A stretch of 64,000 nucleotides of DNA from an uncultured Candidatus Saccharibacteria bacterium (GTDB lineage: Bacteria; Patescibacteriota; Saccharimonadia; Saccharimonadales; CAIOMD01). A program made the translations under genes and the position numbers. Location of the stretch: NCBI GenBank assembly GCA_963716565.1, contig OY970318.1, positions 64,830-128,829 on the forward strand, read 5' to 3'. The notes under the pieces are model-generated. The model did no database searches and was not told the DNA's origin. It was given only the letters and a program-made list of their open reading frames with translations. Positions 7,993 through 20,237 of the stretch are shown here, piece after piece; position 1 is the first letter of the stretch; the number at the start of each line of letters is the position of its first letter.

Positions 7993-9774
7993 TTAATACA
8001 AAAGCTTCGTGTAGGTATTTTTAAACTCGTGAAATATATCGATATAGCGTGAAACTTGAGCAGTGTCGTGTGGCTGTTGCATGCAGGTATAGGCGAACAG
8101 GCTAGAAGAATAGCCGCTTTGCTGGGCTTTGTAGTTCTCGACGTAGCTGATAGTAAAAAAGTTTAGAATAGAGTTGTTTAACTCGAATATCGGTGTTGTG
8201 CCAACGGTGTTACTGGGGCAAGACGCAGCCTGAGAGTTATTAGCTTCCTCGCTAACGCTAAATATCGGGAACAAGCCATTGCTGATTGGTTTAAATACGT
8301 AGTTTTGGCCAAGTTCAAGTGGTTGGTACATTCGATTGTTGGCCTTGTAGGCGTCGGCCGTGCCAAAACCTAAAGTGTTGCTTCTGGGTGTTGAAGCGCC
8401 AAGCGTAAGGCGATTGGTATTTTCGGCCAAAGCAGCCATTAGCTGAATGGGCGTAGCTTGGGGTTGTTGGCTGGCCAGGCGAGCCAGTAAACCGCTAACT
8501 AACGGGGTTGCCAGTGATGTGCCAGCGGCATCGTAATAATAGTCGCTAGTTGGGTTGCCAGCCGACCAAGTCGCTGAATCTATCGAAACACCGGGGGCTA
8601 ATATATCTAGATTTGTTCCCCAAGAACTAAAACTGGCCGGAGTATTATTGGTATTTAAGGCTCCTACGGCTACAACTTCTGGGTAGTTAGCGGGGTAAAG
8701 CATACAATCACAGCCGTCATTGCCCGCTGCTGCCACTACAATGATTCCTTTGGCTATAGCATACTGAACGGCATCGCGTACTAAATCGTCCGGGTAATCG
8801 CTGCCCAGGCTTAGACTAATAACATCAACCCCCATATCGGCAGCATACGAAATTGAACGGCTAACGCTTAGAGTGTCGCCGTAAGCGTCGTCGTCTAAGG
8901 CTTGGATGGGTAGTATTTTAGTTTGCCAGTTAACTCCGGCTATACCCTTACCATTGTTGCCAGTAGCTGCTGCTGCCCCTGTTACGATTGTTCCGTGCTT
9001 AGTGCCGTTTCCGGTAGGATTAAGCTGCCCGGCCTGCACTGAGCTGTCGTAGTTAATAAAATCCCAACCAGTTACATCGTCGACATAGCCGTTGCTATCA
9101 TCGTCGATGTTATTGCAATCTTTTGTTAAGGGTTTAGATTGAGCAGTGCAGTTTAGCTTAGATGGATTCTGGTAAACTACGGAACCGGTTTCGTTGTCGA
9201 CTATGCCATCGCTGTTGTCGTCTATTAAGTTACAGCTAGCCGATAGTGGCAGGCTGCGACCCGTACAATTTAGTACTGATGGAGCTTCACTGCTGGCGAC
9301 TCCCGATTCGCCGGGGTTCACAAACCAACGATTTTGAAATTCTTCATGGGCCAGTGCAAACCCAGTATCGATTACTGCCATAACAGTTTCTTCGCTACCA
9401 GCCGGAATATCCCACATATCATCCAAACTCATATTTGTTACCCACCACTGTGAAACTAGCGGGTCATTGGGCATCATTAACAACTTATAGGGGTGTACGG
9501 GGTATTCTTTATTATTGATTGTAACCGAGCTACTTCTTAGCGGAGGAGCCGTAACTTGCGGGGCTGGTACATTATCACTATTGTTGCTAGTAGCGACTTC
9601 ATTATTGTCGGCAACATTGGGTTTAGAAATTTGGCCACCAAGCTGATTTGATTCGGGTGACTTTTTTGGGCCAGAGTGCTCTCGTCGCTGATATCCTACT
9701 ACTGCGCAGAGTGAAACCGCCCCAATCAAGGCCAAAACAGCCAGTACCCTTAGAAATGTTTTATTCTTTAGCAT
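7993..9774 (-). CDS. Subtilisin-like serine protease (peptidase S8), secreted or anchored
   Basis: Catalytic triad contexts AVIDTGF (Asp), HGTIVTGAAAA (His) and GTSLATPLVSG (Ser). N-terminal anchor or signal. Duplicated Cys/Asp-rich loops CNLIDDNSDGIVDNETG and CNNIDDDSNGYVDDVTG. Confidence 0.9.
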   Translation of the reverse strand: MLKNKTFLRVLAVLALIGAVSLCAVVGYQRREHSGPKKSPESNQLGGQISKPNVADNNEVATSNNSDNVPAPQVTAPPLRSSSVTINNKEYPVHPYKLLMMPNDPLVSQWWVTNMSLDDMWDIPAGSEETVMAVIDTGFALAHEEFQNRWFVNPGESGVASSEAPSVLNCTGRSLPLSASCNLIDDNSDGIVDNETGSVVYQNPSKLNCTAQSKPLTKDCNNIDDDSNGYVDDVTGWDFINYDSSVQAGQLNPTGNGTKHGTIVTGAAAATGNNGKGIAGVNWQTKILPIQALDDDAYGDTLSVSRSISYAADMGVDVISLSLGSDYPDDLVRDAVQYAIAKGIIVVAAAGNDGCDCMLYPANYPEVVAVGALNTNNTPASFSSWGTNLDILAPGVSIDSATWSAGNPTSDYYYDAAGTSLATPLVSGLLARLASQQPQATPIQLMAALAENTNRLTLGASTPRSNTLGFGTADAYKANNRMYQPLELGQNYVFKPISNGLFPIFSVSEEANNSQAASCPSNTVGTTPIFELNNSILNFFTISYVENYKAQQSGYSSSLFAYTCMQQPHDTAQVSRYIDIFHEFKNTYTKLLY

Positions 9775-9870
9775 TATATCTGAATTAATTATAGCCTATA
9801 CGAATGCAGGTATCACTTGAAAAAGCTTTTAGACAGTCCTTTGCCTATAAAACTTTACTACCAAATATAA

Positions 9871-9899
9871 TTGACTGATACAGAAACAAGTGATATAAT
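9871..9899 (+). promoter_or_regulatory. Sigma70-type promoter TTGACT-17-TATAAT
   Basis: Read directly from the sequence. It overlaps the TTG that the track uses as the ORF start. Confidence 0.55.
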
Positions 9900-9948
9900 C
9901 CGCTTATTGAGGGGCCTAAAGGCTCTTATTATTTTTGAAAGTGATTTT

Positions 9949-10602
9949 ATGCCTGTAATTAAAACAATCGATAAGTCTTTGCTAATACGGCCGGTTTTAG
10001 ACCAAGGCTTTATTATCTTTGTACGTGCTCACTATAACGGTGTTCGTATGGTGTCTTTTGAAAATCCAGAAGCTTACTATATGGCGTCAGAAAGCGAGCT
10101 AGCGGTAAAAAAGTCGATTGTCGGAACAGGTAAAGATGTTCATACTGCTCTGGCCCAAGCCTTGCACCTATTTCACCAAGCTAGTGCAGATTATAAATCG
10201 TTTTTCAGCACCCAAGAACATACCTACAAGAAGCAAAAAGCTATTACCGATTTAGATAACTGGCTGGTATCTCACAAGGGTAAATTAAGGATAGTTAGTG
10301 ATTTTGACGGCACGGTTCTAGCTAGGCTTGAAGGCTTGCTTAACCCAAATGACAGCTTTTCTGAATACGTTGTCTTAGAAGCTTCGGGTAGTACTTTTCA
10401 TGGCGCTATACTAAGCGTATTAGAAAAACCAGTTACAAGTGGCGGTTTGTGTAGCTTAAAAGTGAAGATCGTTGAAGCTAGTAATACCGACGAAGCACCA
10501 AGAACCGTATTAACCGCTAAGCCACGATCGGCTGTTAGGGTGTATCCGGCCGCTAGGCCAATAACACTGCTAAATATAAAGCCCCGCACGCTGATTTCTT
10601 AA
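9949..10602 (+). CDS. Hypothetical protein
   Basis: Track ORF 9871..10602. The first 26 codons overlap a promoter-like sequence, so ATG 9949 (MPVIKTIDKS) is preferred. No motif recognised. Confidence 0.4.
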   Translation: MPVIKTIDKSLLIRPVLDQGFIIFVRAHYNGVRMVSFENPEAYYMASESELAVKKSIVGTGKDVHTALAQALHLFHQASADYKSFFSTQEHTYKKQKAITDLDNWLVSHKGKLRIVSDFDGTVLARLEGLLNPNDSFSEYVVLEASGSTFHGAILSVLEKPVTSGGLCSLKVKIVEASNTDEAPRTVLTAKPRSAVRVYPAARPITLLNIKPRTLIS

Positions 10603-10688
10603 TCTCAAGCGGATTCTTCTTAAAAGTTTTCACAAACTTTCACAGAGCCACGCAATATCAGCCTTCAAACGGTGGTAGAATTAAAGAT

Positions 10689-11180
10689 ATGAAAATCCAG
10701 ATTGTTGATGGGCAAGATCGGCTCGTTGGCGTAAAAGAGCGTAGCGAAATCGATCGCAAGACTGATATATATCGAGTTTCTGCATTATGGTTAACGAACA
10801 CTAAGGGCCAGACACTCCTTGCCCAGCGTGCATCCACAAAGCGTGAAGACCCTAGTAAATGGGGGCCGGCTGTTATGGGCACGGTTGAACAAGGCGAGAC
10901 CTACGAAAGCAATATTTACAAAGAAGCCAAAGAAGAAGTTGGGCTGGAGGGTGTACGGTTTACCAAGGGGGTAAAAATGTATTTTACTTACCCTGGCAAC
11001 CATTTTGACCAATGGTACTTTGCAACACTGGATCGTGACATAAGCGGCTTTGTTAGGCAGCCAGCCGAAGTTGATGCTTTGGAGTGGGTGGATATCGAGA
11101 GGTTGAAGAAAGAGCTAAAAACCAATCCAGATAAATACATAGGTTCTATGGCCCAGATAGTAGAAGGGTTGTGCATATGA
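10689..11180 (+). CDS. Nudix hydrolase (IPP-isomerase-like subgroup)
   Basis: Nudix box GTVEQGETYESNIYKEAKEEVGL. The N-terminal layout resembles Idi-type Nudix proteins. Confidence 0.75.
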   Translation: MKIQIVDGQDRLVGVKERSEIDRKTDIYRVSALWLTNTKGQTLLAQRASTKREDPSKWGPAVMGTVEQGETYESNIYKEAKEEVGLEGVRFTKGVKMYFTYPGNHFDQWYFATLDRDISGFVRQPAEVDALEWVDIERLKKELKTNPDKYIGSMAQIVEGLCI

Positions 11181-11674
11181 GCCACGAATATTTTATGAAA
11201 ATAGCCATAAAAGCTGCCAAAGAATCAGAAAAACAAGGCGGTTGCCCAACTGGAGCGATAATAGTTAAGAATGACGAGGTAATCTCTGGAGGGATATCAA
11301 TGGTAAGTAGCGACAACGACCCCTCGCAGCATTCCGAAATGGTTGCAATCAGGGAAGCGTCAAAAAAAATGGGGGCTTCGAGCCACCGATTAGAGGGCTG
11401 CGTTATGTACAGTACTGTCGAAACTTGCAGTATGTGTTTGGGCGCGGCGCTTTGGGCTAATTTAAAAGCTATATATTTTGGGGCTTATGCTACCGACATA
11501 AGTGGCAATGATTACGAATTCAAAAACTATAGCTTAGAGGAGCGAGCAAAAGACTCCCAGCTATGGGATGGTAGCAAAATCCAAATTACTGGTGGTATCT
11601 TGCGCGATGAGTGCAAAGAACTGATGAAAGACTACAAAAACTGGTCAAAGACTTCTGGTAATATACAGATATGA
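11171..11674 (+). CDS. CMP/dCMP-type zinc deaminase (TadA / guanine deaminase-like)
   Basis: HSEMVAIREA (H-x-E) and TCSMCLGA (CxxC) zinc motifs. Overlaps the upstream gene. Confidence 0.75.
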   Translation: MHMSHEYFMKIAIKAAKESEKQGGCPTGAIIVKNDEVISGGISMVSSDNDPSQHSEMVAIREASKKMGASSHRLEGCVMYSTVETCSMCLGAALWANLKAIYFGAYATDISGNDYEFKNYSLEERAKDSQLWDGSKIQITGGILRDECKELMKDYKNWSKTSGNIQI

Positions 11675-12321
11675 GCAAAAAAGTAGCATTCATTACGGGT
11701 GGTACATCAGGAATTGGTAAGGCGATTACCGCCAATCTGTTAGGCGATAATTGGGAGGTTATCAGCCCTACTCGCGACGAACTTGATTTATCAGATCTGG
11801 CTGAAGTAGAAAAATATGCTTCTAGGTTTTCAAATAAAAAGATTGAGGTATTCATACACGCTGCTGGCGTTTGGCACGACGAGAAGGGCGTTTTAGCGGA
11901 TAAACCCTTCAACGAGTTTACGCCCGAAGAAATAACGCGAACAATGAACGTAACCGTAATTGCGCCCATGCTATTGATAAGATCGATGGCGAATAATCTT
12001 TCAACGGTCATAGGTGTCAGTGGGACTTTCAACAATGGAGCTCAAGGCTGGTTGCCATATTACACAAGCAAACGGGCGCTCGAAGACTTCCTGGTTGGAC
12101 TCAGCCAAGACTATCAACATATGAGAGTTTTTGGCATTTCTCCAGCCGATACAGCGACTGAGGCCTATAAGAAGTTTTATCCCCAGTATTTTAATGAAGC
12201 TCAATCACCTGAAAATATATCAAAACTTACCAAGGATTTACTAGATGGCACCAAAAACTATGAAAGTGGTAGCATAATAGAAATTCGACAAGGTAAAATA
12301 CAATCAGGTTTTCACGCTTAG
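11671..12321 (+). CDS. Short-chain dehydrogenase/reductase (SDR)
   Basis: TGGTSGIGKA cofactor motif and catalytic YTSKRAL (YxxxK). ATGA overlap with the upstream gene. Confidence 0.8.
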   Translation: MSKKVAFITGGTSGIGKAITANLLGDNWEVISPTRDELDLSDLAEVEKYASRFSNKKIEVFIHAAGVWHDEKGVLADKPFNEFTPEEITRTMNVTVIAPMLLIRSMANNLSTVIGVSGTFNNGAQGWLPYYTSKRALEDFLVGLSQDYQHMRVFGISPADTATEAYKKFYPQYFNEAQSPENISKLTKDLLDGTKNYESGSIIEIRQGKIQSGFHA

Positions 12322-12355
12322 ATTTACAGGGACAATCGTTTATAATGTTTAGCGT

Positions 12356-12429
12356 GGCGCGTTGGCCGAGGAGTTAGGCAGAGGTCTGCAAAACCTCGTA
12401 CACCGGTGCGACTCCGGTACGCGCCTCCA
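12356..12429 (+). tRNA. tRNA-Cys (anticodon GCA), CCA encoded
   Basis: GGCGCGTTGGCCGAG...GAGGT-CTGCAAA-ACCTC...GGTGCGACTCCGGTACGCGCCTCCA. Confidence 0.88.
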
Positions 12430-12569
12430 ATTTTATTTTAAAATTGGAGGTTAAGACTAATTTTGCAAACCAAGCTATGCTGTTTGTAAAATTAAGAGGA
12501 GAATGCGAGCATAAAATCGAAGCTTTTGGCGAACAGTCAAAACGAGATACAAGCTCGGCATTCGACGAC

Positions 12570-12657
12570 GGGAGAGTGGCGGAATTGGTATACGCGACAG
12601 ACTTAAAATCTGTTGGCCTTAAAAGCCTTGAGGGTTCAAGTCCCTCCTCTCCCACCA
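12570..12657 (+). tRNA. tRNA-Leu (anticodon TAA), class II, CCA encoded
   Basis: GGGAGAGTGGCGGAATTGGT...ACAGA-CTTAAAA-TCTGT, a long variable arm, and GGTTCAAGTCCCTCCTCTCCCACCA. Confidence 0.9.
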
Positions 12658-12736
12658 ACAAAAATCCTCTAGAAAGTAGAGGATTTTTTAGGTCTAAAGC
12701 GTTATACTATAAGCATAAACGAAGGGAACTAAAGCT

Positions 12737-13300
12737 ATGGTAGTTTTATGGATTGTCATCGCCGTTGTAGTATTACTCGCCATCTATTTGATAGCGGTCT
12801 ACAATGGTTTAGTTAGGCTAAATGTACGGGTAGACGAAGCTTGGAGCGACATCACTGTTCAGCTCAAAAGGCGTTTTGATCTTATCCCTAATTTAATAAA
12901 TACCGTAAAGGGATACGCCAAGCACGAAAAGGGTGTATTCGAAGAAGTCACTAAAGCTCGCTCCGAGGCGATGAATGCTCAAGGTCCAGCCGAAACCGCT
13001 AAGACCGAAAACATGCTTACAGATTCTTTAAAGAGTTTGTTTGCGGTTGCCGAAGCTTATCCAGACCTAAAAGCTAACCAAAACTTTTTGGATTTACAGG
13101 CTCAATTAACTGACACCGAAGATAAAATCCAAGCTAGTAGGCGCTTTTACAACGGTTCGGCTCGCGACTTGAATATCAAGATCAAAGTTTTCCCCAACAC
13201 CATTTTTGCCGGCATGCTTGGTTTTAAAGAGCGCGAATTCTTTGAAGTAGAAGAAGGCCAAAAAACCGCTATTCAAAATCCAACAGAAGTCAGTTTTTAG
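12737..13300 (+). CDS. lemA: LemA family membrane protein
   Basis: N-terminal TM followed by YNGLVRLNVRVDEAWSDITVQLKRRFDLIPNL...RRFYNG, the characteristic LemA pattern. Confidence 0.85.
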   Translation: MVVLWIVIAVVVLLAIYLIAVYNGLVRLNVRVDEAWSDITVQLKRRFDLIPNLINTVKGYAKHEKGVFEEVTKARSEAMNAQGPAETAKTENMLTDSLKSLFAVAEAYPDLKANQNFLDLQAQLTDTEDKIQASRRFYNGSARDLNIKIKVFPNTIFAGMLGFKEREFFEVEEGQKTAIQNPTEVSF

Positions 13301-13310
13301 AGGTTAATTA

Positions 13311-14188
13311 ATGTATAGCGAAATATCCGCTAACAAGCGCCGTACCGTGTTTTTGATGTTTGGTTTCTTTGTATTGGTTGCGGCCATTGCTTACGGTGTT
13401 AGCTGGTATTACAAAGATTTTACAATCACCATTTTTGCGTTGATTTTTGCTTTCTTTTACATGCTATGGACATATTTTGCTTCGGATAAATTAGCTTTGG
13501 CAGTTAACGGCGCCAAACAGATAGAAAAGAAAGATAACCCCCGTTTGTGGAATGCGGTAGAAAACTTGAGCATAGCTACTGGTTCGCCAATGCCAAAAGT
13601 TTACATTATGGACGACCCAGCTCCCAATGCTTTTGCCACAGGCCGTGACCCTAGACATTCGGTTATAGCTGTCACTACTGGCTTGCTGGATATGATGAAC
13701 GATAGTGAATTACAGGGCGTTTTGGCTCACGAACTAGGGCACATCCGCAATTTTGATATCCGCTTAATGATGGTTGCCTTTGGCCTAGTTGCCGTAGTTT
13801 CAATGATTAGTGATTTTGTTTTGCGTTGGATGTTCTGGGGCGGTGATGATGACAACCGTGGCAGCAGCAATCCGATTACCTTAATTGTTGGCATAGTTGC
13901 CTTAATATTGGCACCAATTGCCGCTACGCTTATTCAATTGGCTATTTCGCGTAAGCGTGAATATTTAGCGGATGCTACGGCTGCTTTAACTACTCGCTAT
14001 CCAGAAGGTTTGGCCAGCGCTTTAGAAAAAATTGGGGCCAAGGGTTTAGCCATGAAGAAGCAGAACGCTTCTACGGCTCACTTGTTTATTGCTAGTCCAT
14101 TAAAAAAAGGTTCTTTAAGCAACTTATTCAGTACCCATCCTCCTATAGAAGAAAGAGTTAAAAAATTACGTGAAATGGGGCATAAGGC

Positions 14189-14192
<4 letters not shown>
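13311..14192 (+). CDS. htpX: Zinc metalloprotease HtpX (peptidase M48)
   Basis: HELGHIRN zinc motif, 4 TM segments, and C-terminal STHPPIEERV. It sits next to lemA, as is common. Confidence 0.9.
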
Positions 14193-17748
<3,556 letters not shown>

Positions 17749-17757
17749 TCAATAACA

Positions 17758-17786
17758 TTGACAAAACTGAGCATTAGCGTTATGGT
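17758..17786 (+). promoter_or_regulatory. Sigma70-type promoter TTGACA-17-TATGGT driving structured RNA copy A
   Basis: Read directly. It is back to back with the divergent promoter of the RHH-Nudix gene. Confidence 0.55.
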
Positions 17787-17872
17787 AAGGTTACGAATCG
17801 CGCGGTATGCGCGGCTTTAAAACAAAAACTTTATAAAAACAAAAATGCTTTAAGGCCGCCGGGTGAGCCCGC

Positions 17873-18021
17873 GTGATTAGCTTTTGTGAGATAAATTGTG
17901 AAATTTATTTCATGATTTATCTACTTCAGATTGTGTGATTACCGCAGAATCTGAAGTAGGCTGGCTGAAAGCCGGCGCAAGGCAACAAACACCGTAGCTT
18001 TTGCTACGGGTTTGATTTTTG
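17873..18021 (+). ncRNA. Unclassified structured RNA, copy A (conserved core)
   Basis: In order: GTGATTAGCTTT motif, hairpin GATAAAT..ATTTATC, 12-bp hairpin CTACTTCAGATT/AATCTGAAGTAG, hairpin GCTGGC/GCCGGC, linker GCAAGGCAACAAAC, and terminator CCGTAGC-TTTT-GCTACGG plus GTTTGATTTTTG. The same architecture occurs at 38452-38589. Confidence 0.6.
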
Positions 18022-18036
18022 TCATAATTTTATGTA

Positions 18037-18065
18037 TTTACAAACATCTAAAAAAATGATATAAT
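18037..18065 (+). promoter_or_regulatory. Sigma70-type promoter TTTACA-17-TATAAT
   Basis: Read directly, 36 nt upstream of the ATG at 18102. Confidence 0.5.
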
Positions 18066-18101
18066 ATCGGCATTGTCCAAGTCAACGCAGGGGATGGAAC
18101 C

Positions 18102-18488
18102 ATGGTGTTTAAGAGCGTTGTGCTGGAAGTGGGCGATTTTGTTGCCTTCACGGCAACGTCCGTGCCGCTTCCAGAAGTCCAGGCTGCTGTTGTCGATGTA
18201 GAGGATGGCGTACTCGAAGTTATGAGTACGCTTCTCAAACCTTTTCAGCACTCTGGCAAGTTCCGCGAAGACGAAGTGGGCGAGATTATGGTGGTCTACC
18301 CGGCCGCCATAGCTATTCCCCAGGAATCTGGTCGCGAGGACTTTGCCCCCCAACGGCGCGCTACATGTGTCTTCGAGGGGCGACAATATGAGGGCAGGAT
18401 CATGGCCGCTTTTAGTGGCTGGGTCTACATGCAGGCTGATGACGGGACTCCCCTCACGGGCAGTCCTAATCATTTCAATATCCTGTAG
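18102..18488 (+). CDS. Hypothetical protein (128 aa) in a GC-rich island
   Basis: Its own promoter and the RBS-like GGGGA precede the ATG. First codon positions are G-rich and the composition is V/E/G/A/D-rich, whereas the fully overlapping minus-strand ORF is H/R/S-rich. No motif recognised. Confidence 0.5.
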   Translation: MVFKSVVLEVGDFVAFTATSVPLPEVQAAVVDVEDGVLEVMSTLLKPFQHSGKFREDEVGEIMVVYPAAIAIPQESGREDFAPQRRATCVFEGRQYEGRIMAAFSGWVYMQADDGTPLTGSPNHFNIL

Positions 18489-18596
18489 GGACCATACTGC
18501 TCGACAGCTGGCGCACGACCTTCTTAGGTACGGCGCCTTTTCCTTTCTGAGAAAAGAAGAGCAATTTTATCTGATACAATTTAGAAGTCGCGACGA

Positions 18597-18672
18597 GGGG
18601 TGTTAGCTTAGCTGGTAAAGCGCAGCATTCGCATTGCTGAGACCACCGGTTCGAATCCGGTACACTCCACCA
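18597..18672 (+). tRNA. tRNA-Ala (anticodon CGC), G3:U70, CCA encoded
   Basis: GGGGTGTTAGCTTAGCTGGT...CAGCA-TTCGCAT-TGCTG...GGTTCGAATCCGGTACACTCCACCA. Confidence 0.9.
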
Positions 18673-18683
18673 TTAAGGAAATT

Positions 18684-19232
18684 ATGAATAAGGCTAAACT
18701 AGAAAAATTAGAAAACCATGCAAGAGAGAATGCTTACTTGGTCCATGGTGACATAAGCCGGGCTGATTGTGCAATTGGCTTTTCTTTTGGGTATTTAGAT
18801 AGCGAACAGGGAATTTTGCCAGGTAAAAGCAACGAACAATTAGCAGCTTTTATTGAAAAGAATTTATCGAACACTCCCCTGATACTCCAATTTGAAATTA
18901 ATGATGCTTTAAAATCCGCCAAAGCTAACCTTGTTATTAAAGAGTCCCGGGTAAAAGGGGAATATCTTAATTCTAAAGAGATTGGCGAACAGGCGCTGAT
19001 TTTTATGAAAAAGAATGGCTGGTGCAAAGCAGTAATAGTAACCCACCCCGCTATGGAAGCGCGCAATGATGCAATATGTAGCAAGCTGGGTATTGAAACA
19101 ATAACTCCGCCGGGTCTTGAAGCAATTGAATACGACCCTAATTCGGCTCAACCCTGGACCCGCGACAGAAACAGCTGGTGGCAAAGAGAGCAGCTGGTTA
19201 TTAAAAAGTGTTACGAAGAAAACTGGATTTAG
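18684..19232 (+). CDS. Hypothetical protein, possibly DUF218/YdcF-like
   Basis: Weak pattern only (AVIVTHPAMEARNDAICSKLGIE resembles the DUF218 core). Confidence 0.3.
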   Translation: MNKAKLEKLENHARENAYLVHGDISRADCAIGFSFGYLDSEQGILPGKSNEQLAAFIEKNLSNTPLILQFEINDALKSAKANLVIKESRVKGEYLNSKEIGEQALIFMKKNGWCKAVIVTHPAMEARNDAICSKLGIETITPPGLEAIEYDPNSAQPWTRDRNSWWQREQLVIKKCYEENWI

Positions 19233-19278
19233 TTTCAGCCTGTCCTACTGCCTAAATTATGTTAAAATATCAGGGCTC

Positions 19279-19355
19279 GGGGATATAGCTCAGTTGATTA
19301 GAGCGCTTGCCTGGCAGGCAAGAGGTCCGGGGTTTGAGTCCCCGTATCTCCACCA
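19279..19355 (+). tRNA. tRNA-Ala (anticodon GGC), G3:U70, CCA encoded
   Basis: GGGGATATAGCTCAGTTGATTAGAGC...CTTGC-CTGGCAG-GCAAG...GGTTTGAGTCCCCGTATCTCCACCA. Confidence 0.9.
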
Positions 19356-19371
19356 GCTCATTTTGAATATT

Positions 19372-19407
19372 CAGCTTCCGTAAAACAGCGGAAGCTGTTT
19401 TACTTTT
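19372..19407 (+). terminator. Rho-independent terminator after tRNA-Ala
   Basis: CAGCTTCCG-TAAAACAG-CGGAAGCTG followed by TTTTACTTTT. Confidence 0.75.
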
Positions 19408-19482
19408 AGCTTTCATCCAAAGCCCCGCTTTTTAAAATGTTTAAACAGCCGGGTTGGTTCAACTTTGGGTGGGGATATATAC

Positions 19483-19511
19483 TAGACAATAGTGCTTGAA
19501 TATATTATAAT
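19483..19511 (+). promoter_or_regulatory. Promoter TAGACA-17-TATAAT with a roughly 95-nt structured leader
   Basis: Read directly. The leader contains the inverted repeat GGTCGCAA...TTGCGACC enclosing ATTAGCTTTTTATTAGTTGATAGC. Confidence 0.45.
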
Positions 19512-19607
19512 ATATTTATTCTTTATCTTTCTGGGTCGCAATCTGTCAATTAGCTTTTTATTAGTTGATAGCTTGCGACCAAAAACGGAAAAAAGGGGAC
19601 GAAACTA

Positions 19608-20054
19608 ATGTCGGCAACGGGTGTGAGTCGTGGCGCAATGCTCGAACGAGCAATCGCTGAAGCCGTGGCTTTAGTGAAGAATATGGCCAGCGTGGTAGAA
19701 CGCTGGCAGAAGCAGCGCATATCTGTCGCTGTGCTGTCAGAGTTCGGACGGCCACATTACTTCACGCTCAATGGAGTGCAAGGGGAAGATAAGCGTCGTG
19801 AATTCGATGACTACGCACTTCTTAGCGCCAGGATCGCCTACTATAAGGGCCTTCATGGTCAAGAAGTGAGCCTAGAAAGGTTGCACAACCTCTTCGAGGC
19901 TTCTATCCATGACGACTGCTTCAGTGGCGTATCAAGCGTTGATGGCAGCGTGGCTATAGGCGTGTTTGGGCTACTAGGTCCGCTGGAGTCCAACTTCCTA
20001 GCCAAGATCATCCTGTGTGCTTATGAAACCGAGGTAAAACGCCACGATACATGA
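19608..20054 (+). CDS. GlcG/HbpS-like (DUF336) protein, tentative; GC-rich island
   Basis: Pattern match only. ISVAVLSEFGRPHYFTLNG is compared with the family's sIAVvDxgGhlxxxxRMDG, and DGSVAIGVFGLLGPLESNFLAKI with dGxxiGAiGVSGxxxxxDxxxA. RBS AAAGGGGA. Two downstream hairpins. Confidence 0.35.
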   Translation: MSATGVSRGAMLERAIAEAVALVKNMASVVERWQKQRISVAVLSEFGRPHYFTLNGVQGEDKRREFDDYALLSARIAYYKGLHGQEVSLERLHNLFEASIHDDCFSGVSSVDGSVAIGVFGLLGPLESNFLAKIILCAYETEVKRHDT

Positions 20055-20100
20055 GGCCATTAGTTGGGCGGGCTGGGAGCATTGGGCTCCTGGCCCCAGT

Positions 20101-20132
20101 GGGGTCGCTGAACAGTCAGCGGCCTCTTTTTT
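20101..20132 (+). terminator. Rho-independent terminator
   Basis: CGCTGA-ACAG-TCAGCG followed by GCCTCTTTTTT. Confidence 0.65.
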
Positions 20133-20237
20133 AATTCGGCCATTCCTACCGCCTAACTCTAAAAGCGTCGCTAGGAGCGGTGCTTTTTATATTTTGCTAT
20201 ACTTCAATCAGGCAGAAAACTTATTAAGGGGGATAAA

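Noticed and set aside
18048-18473. 141-aa minus-strand ORF fully antisense to 18102..18488, which briefly looked GNAT-like (…NSSLDFWKRHG…)
   Set aside because: It has no RBS or promoter, and it would run into the RNA terminator and the promoter region. The composition is His/Arg/Ser-rich, as expected for the antisense of a V/E/G/A/D-rich gene. The + frame has G-rich first codon positions plus its own promoter. The strand call still deserves checking.
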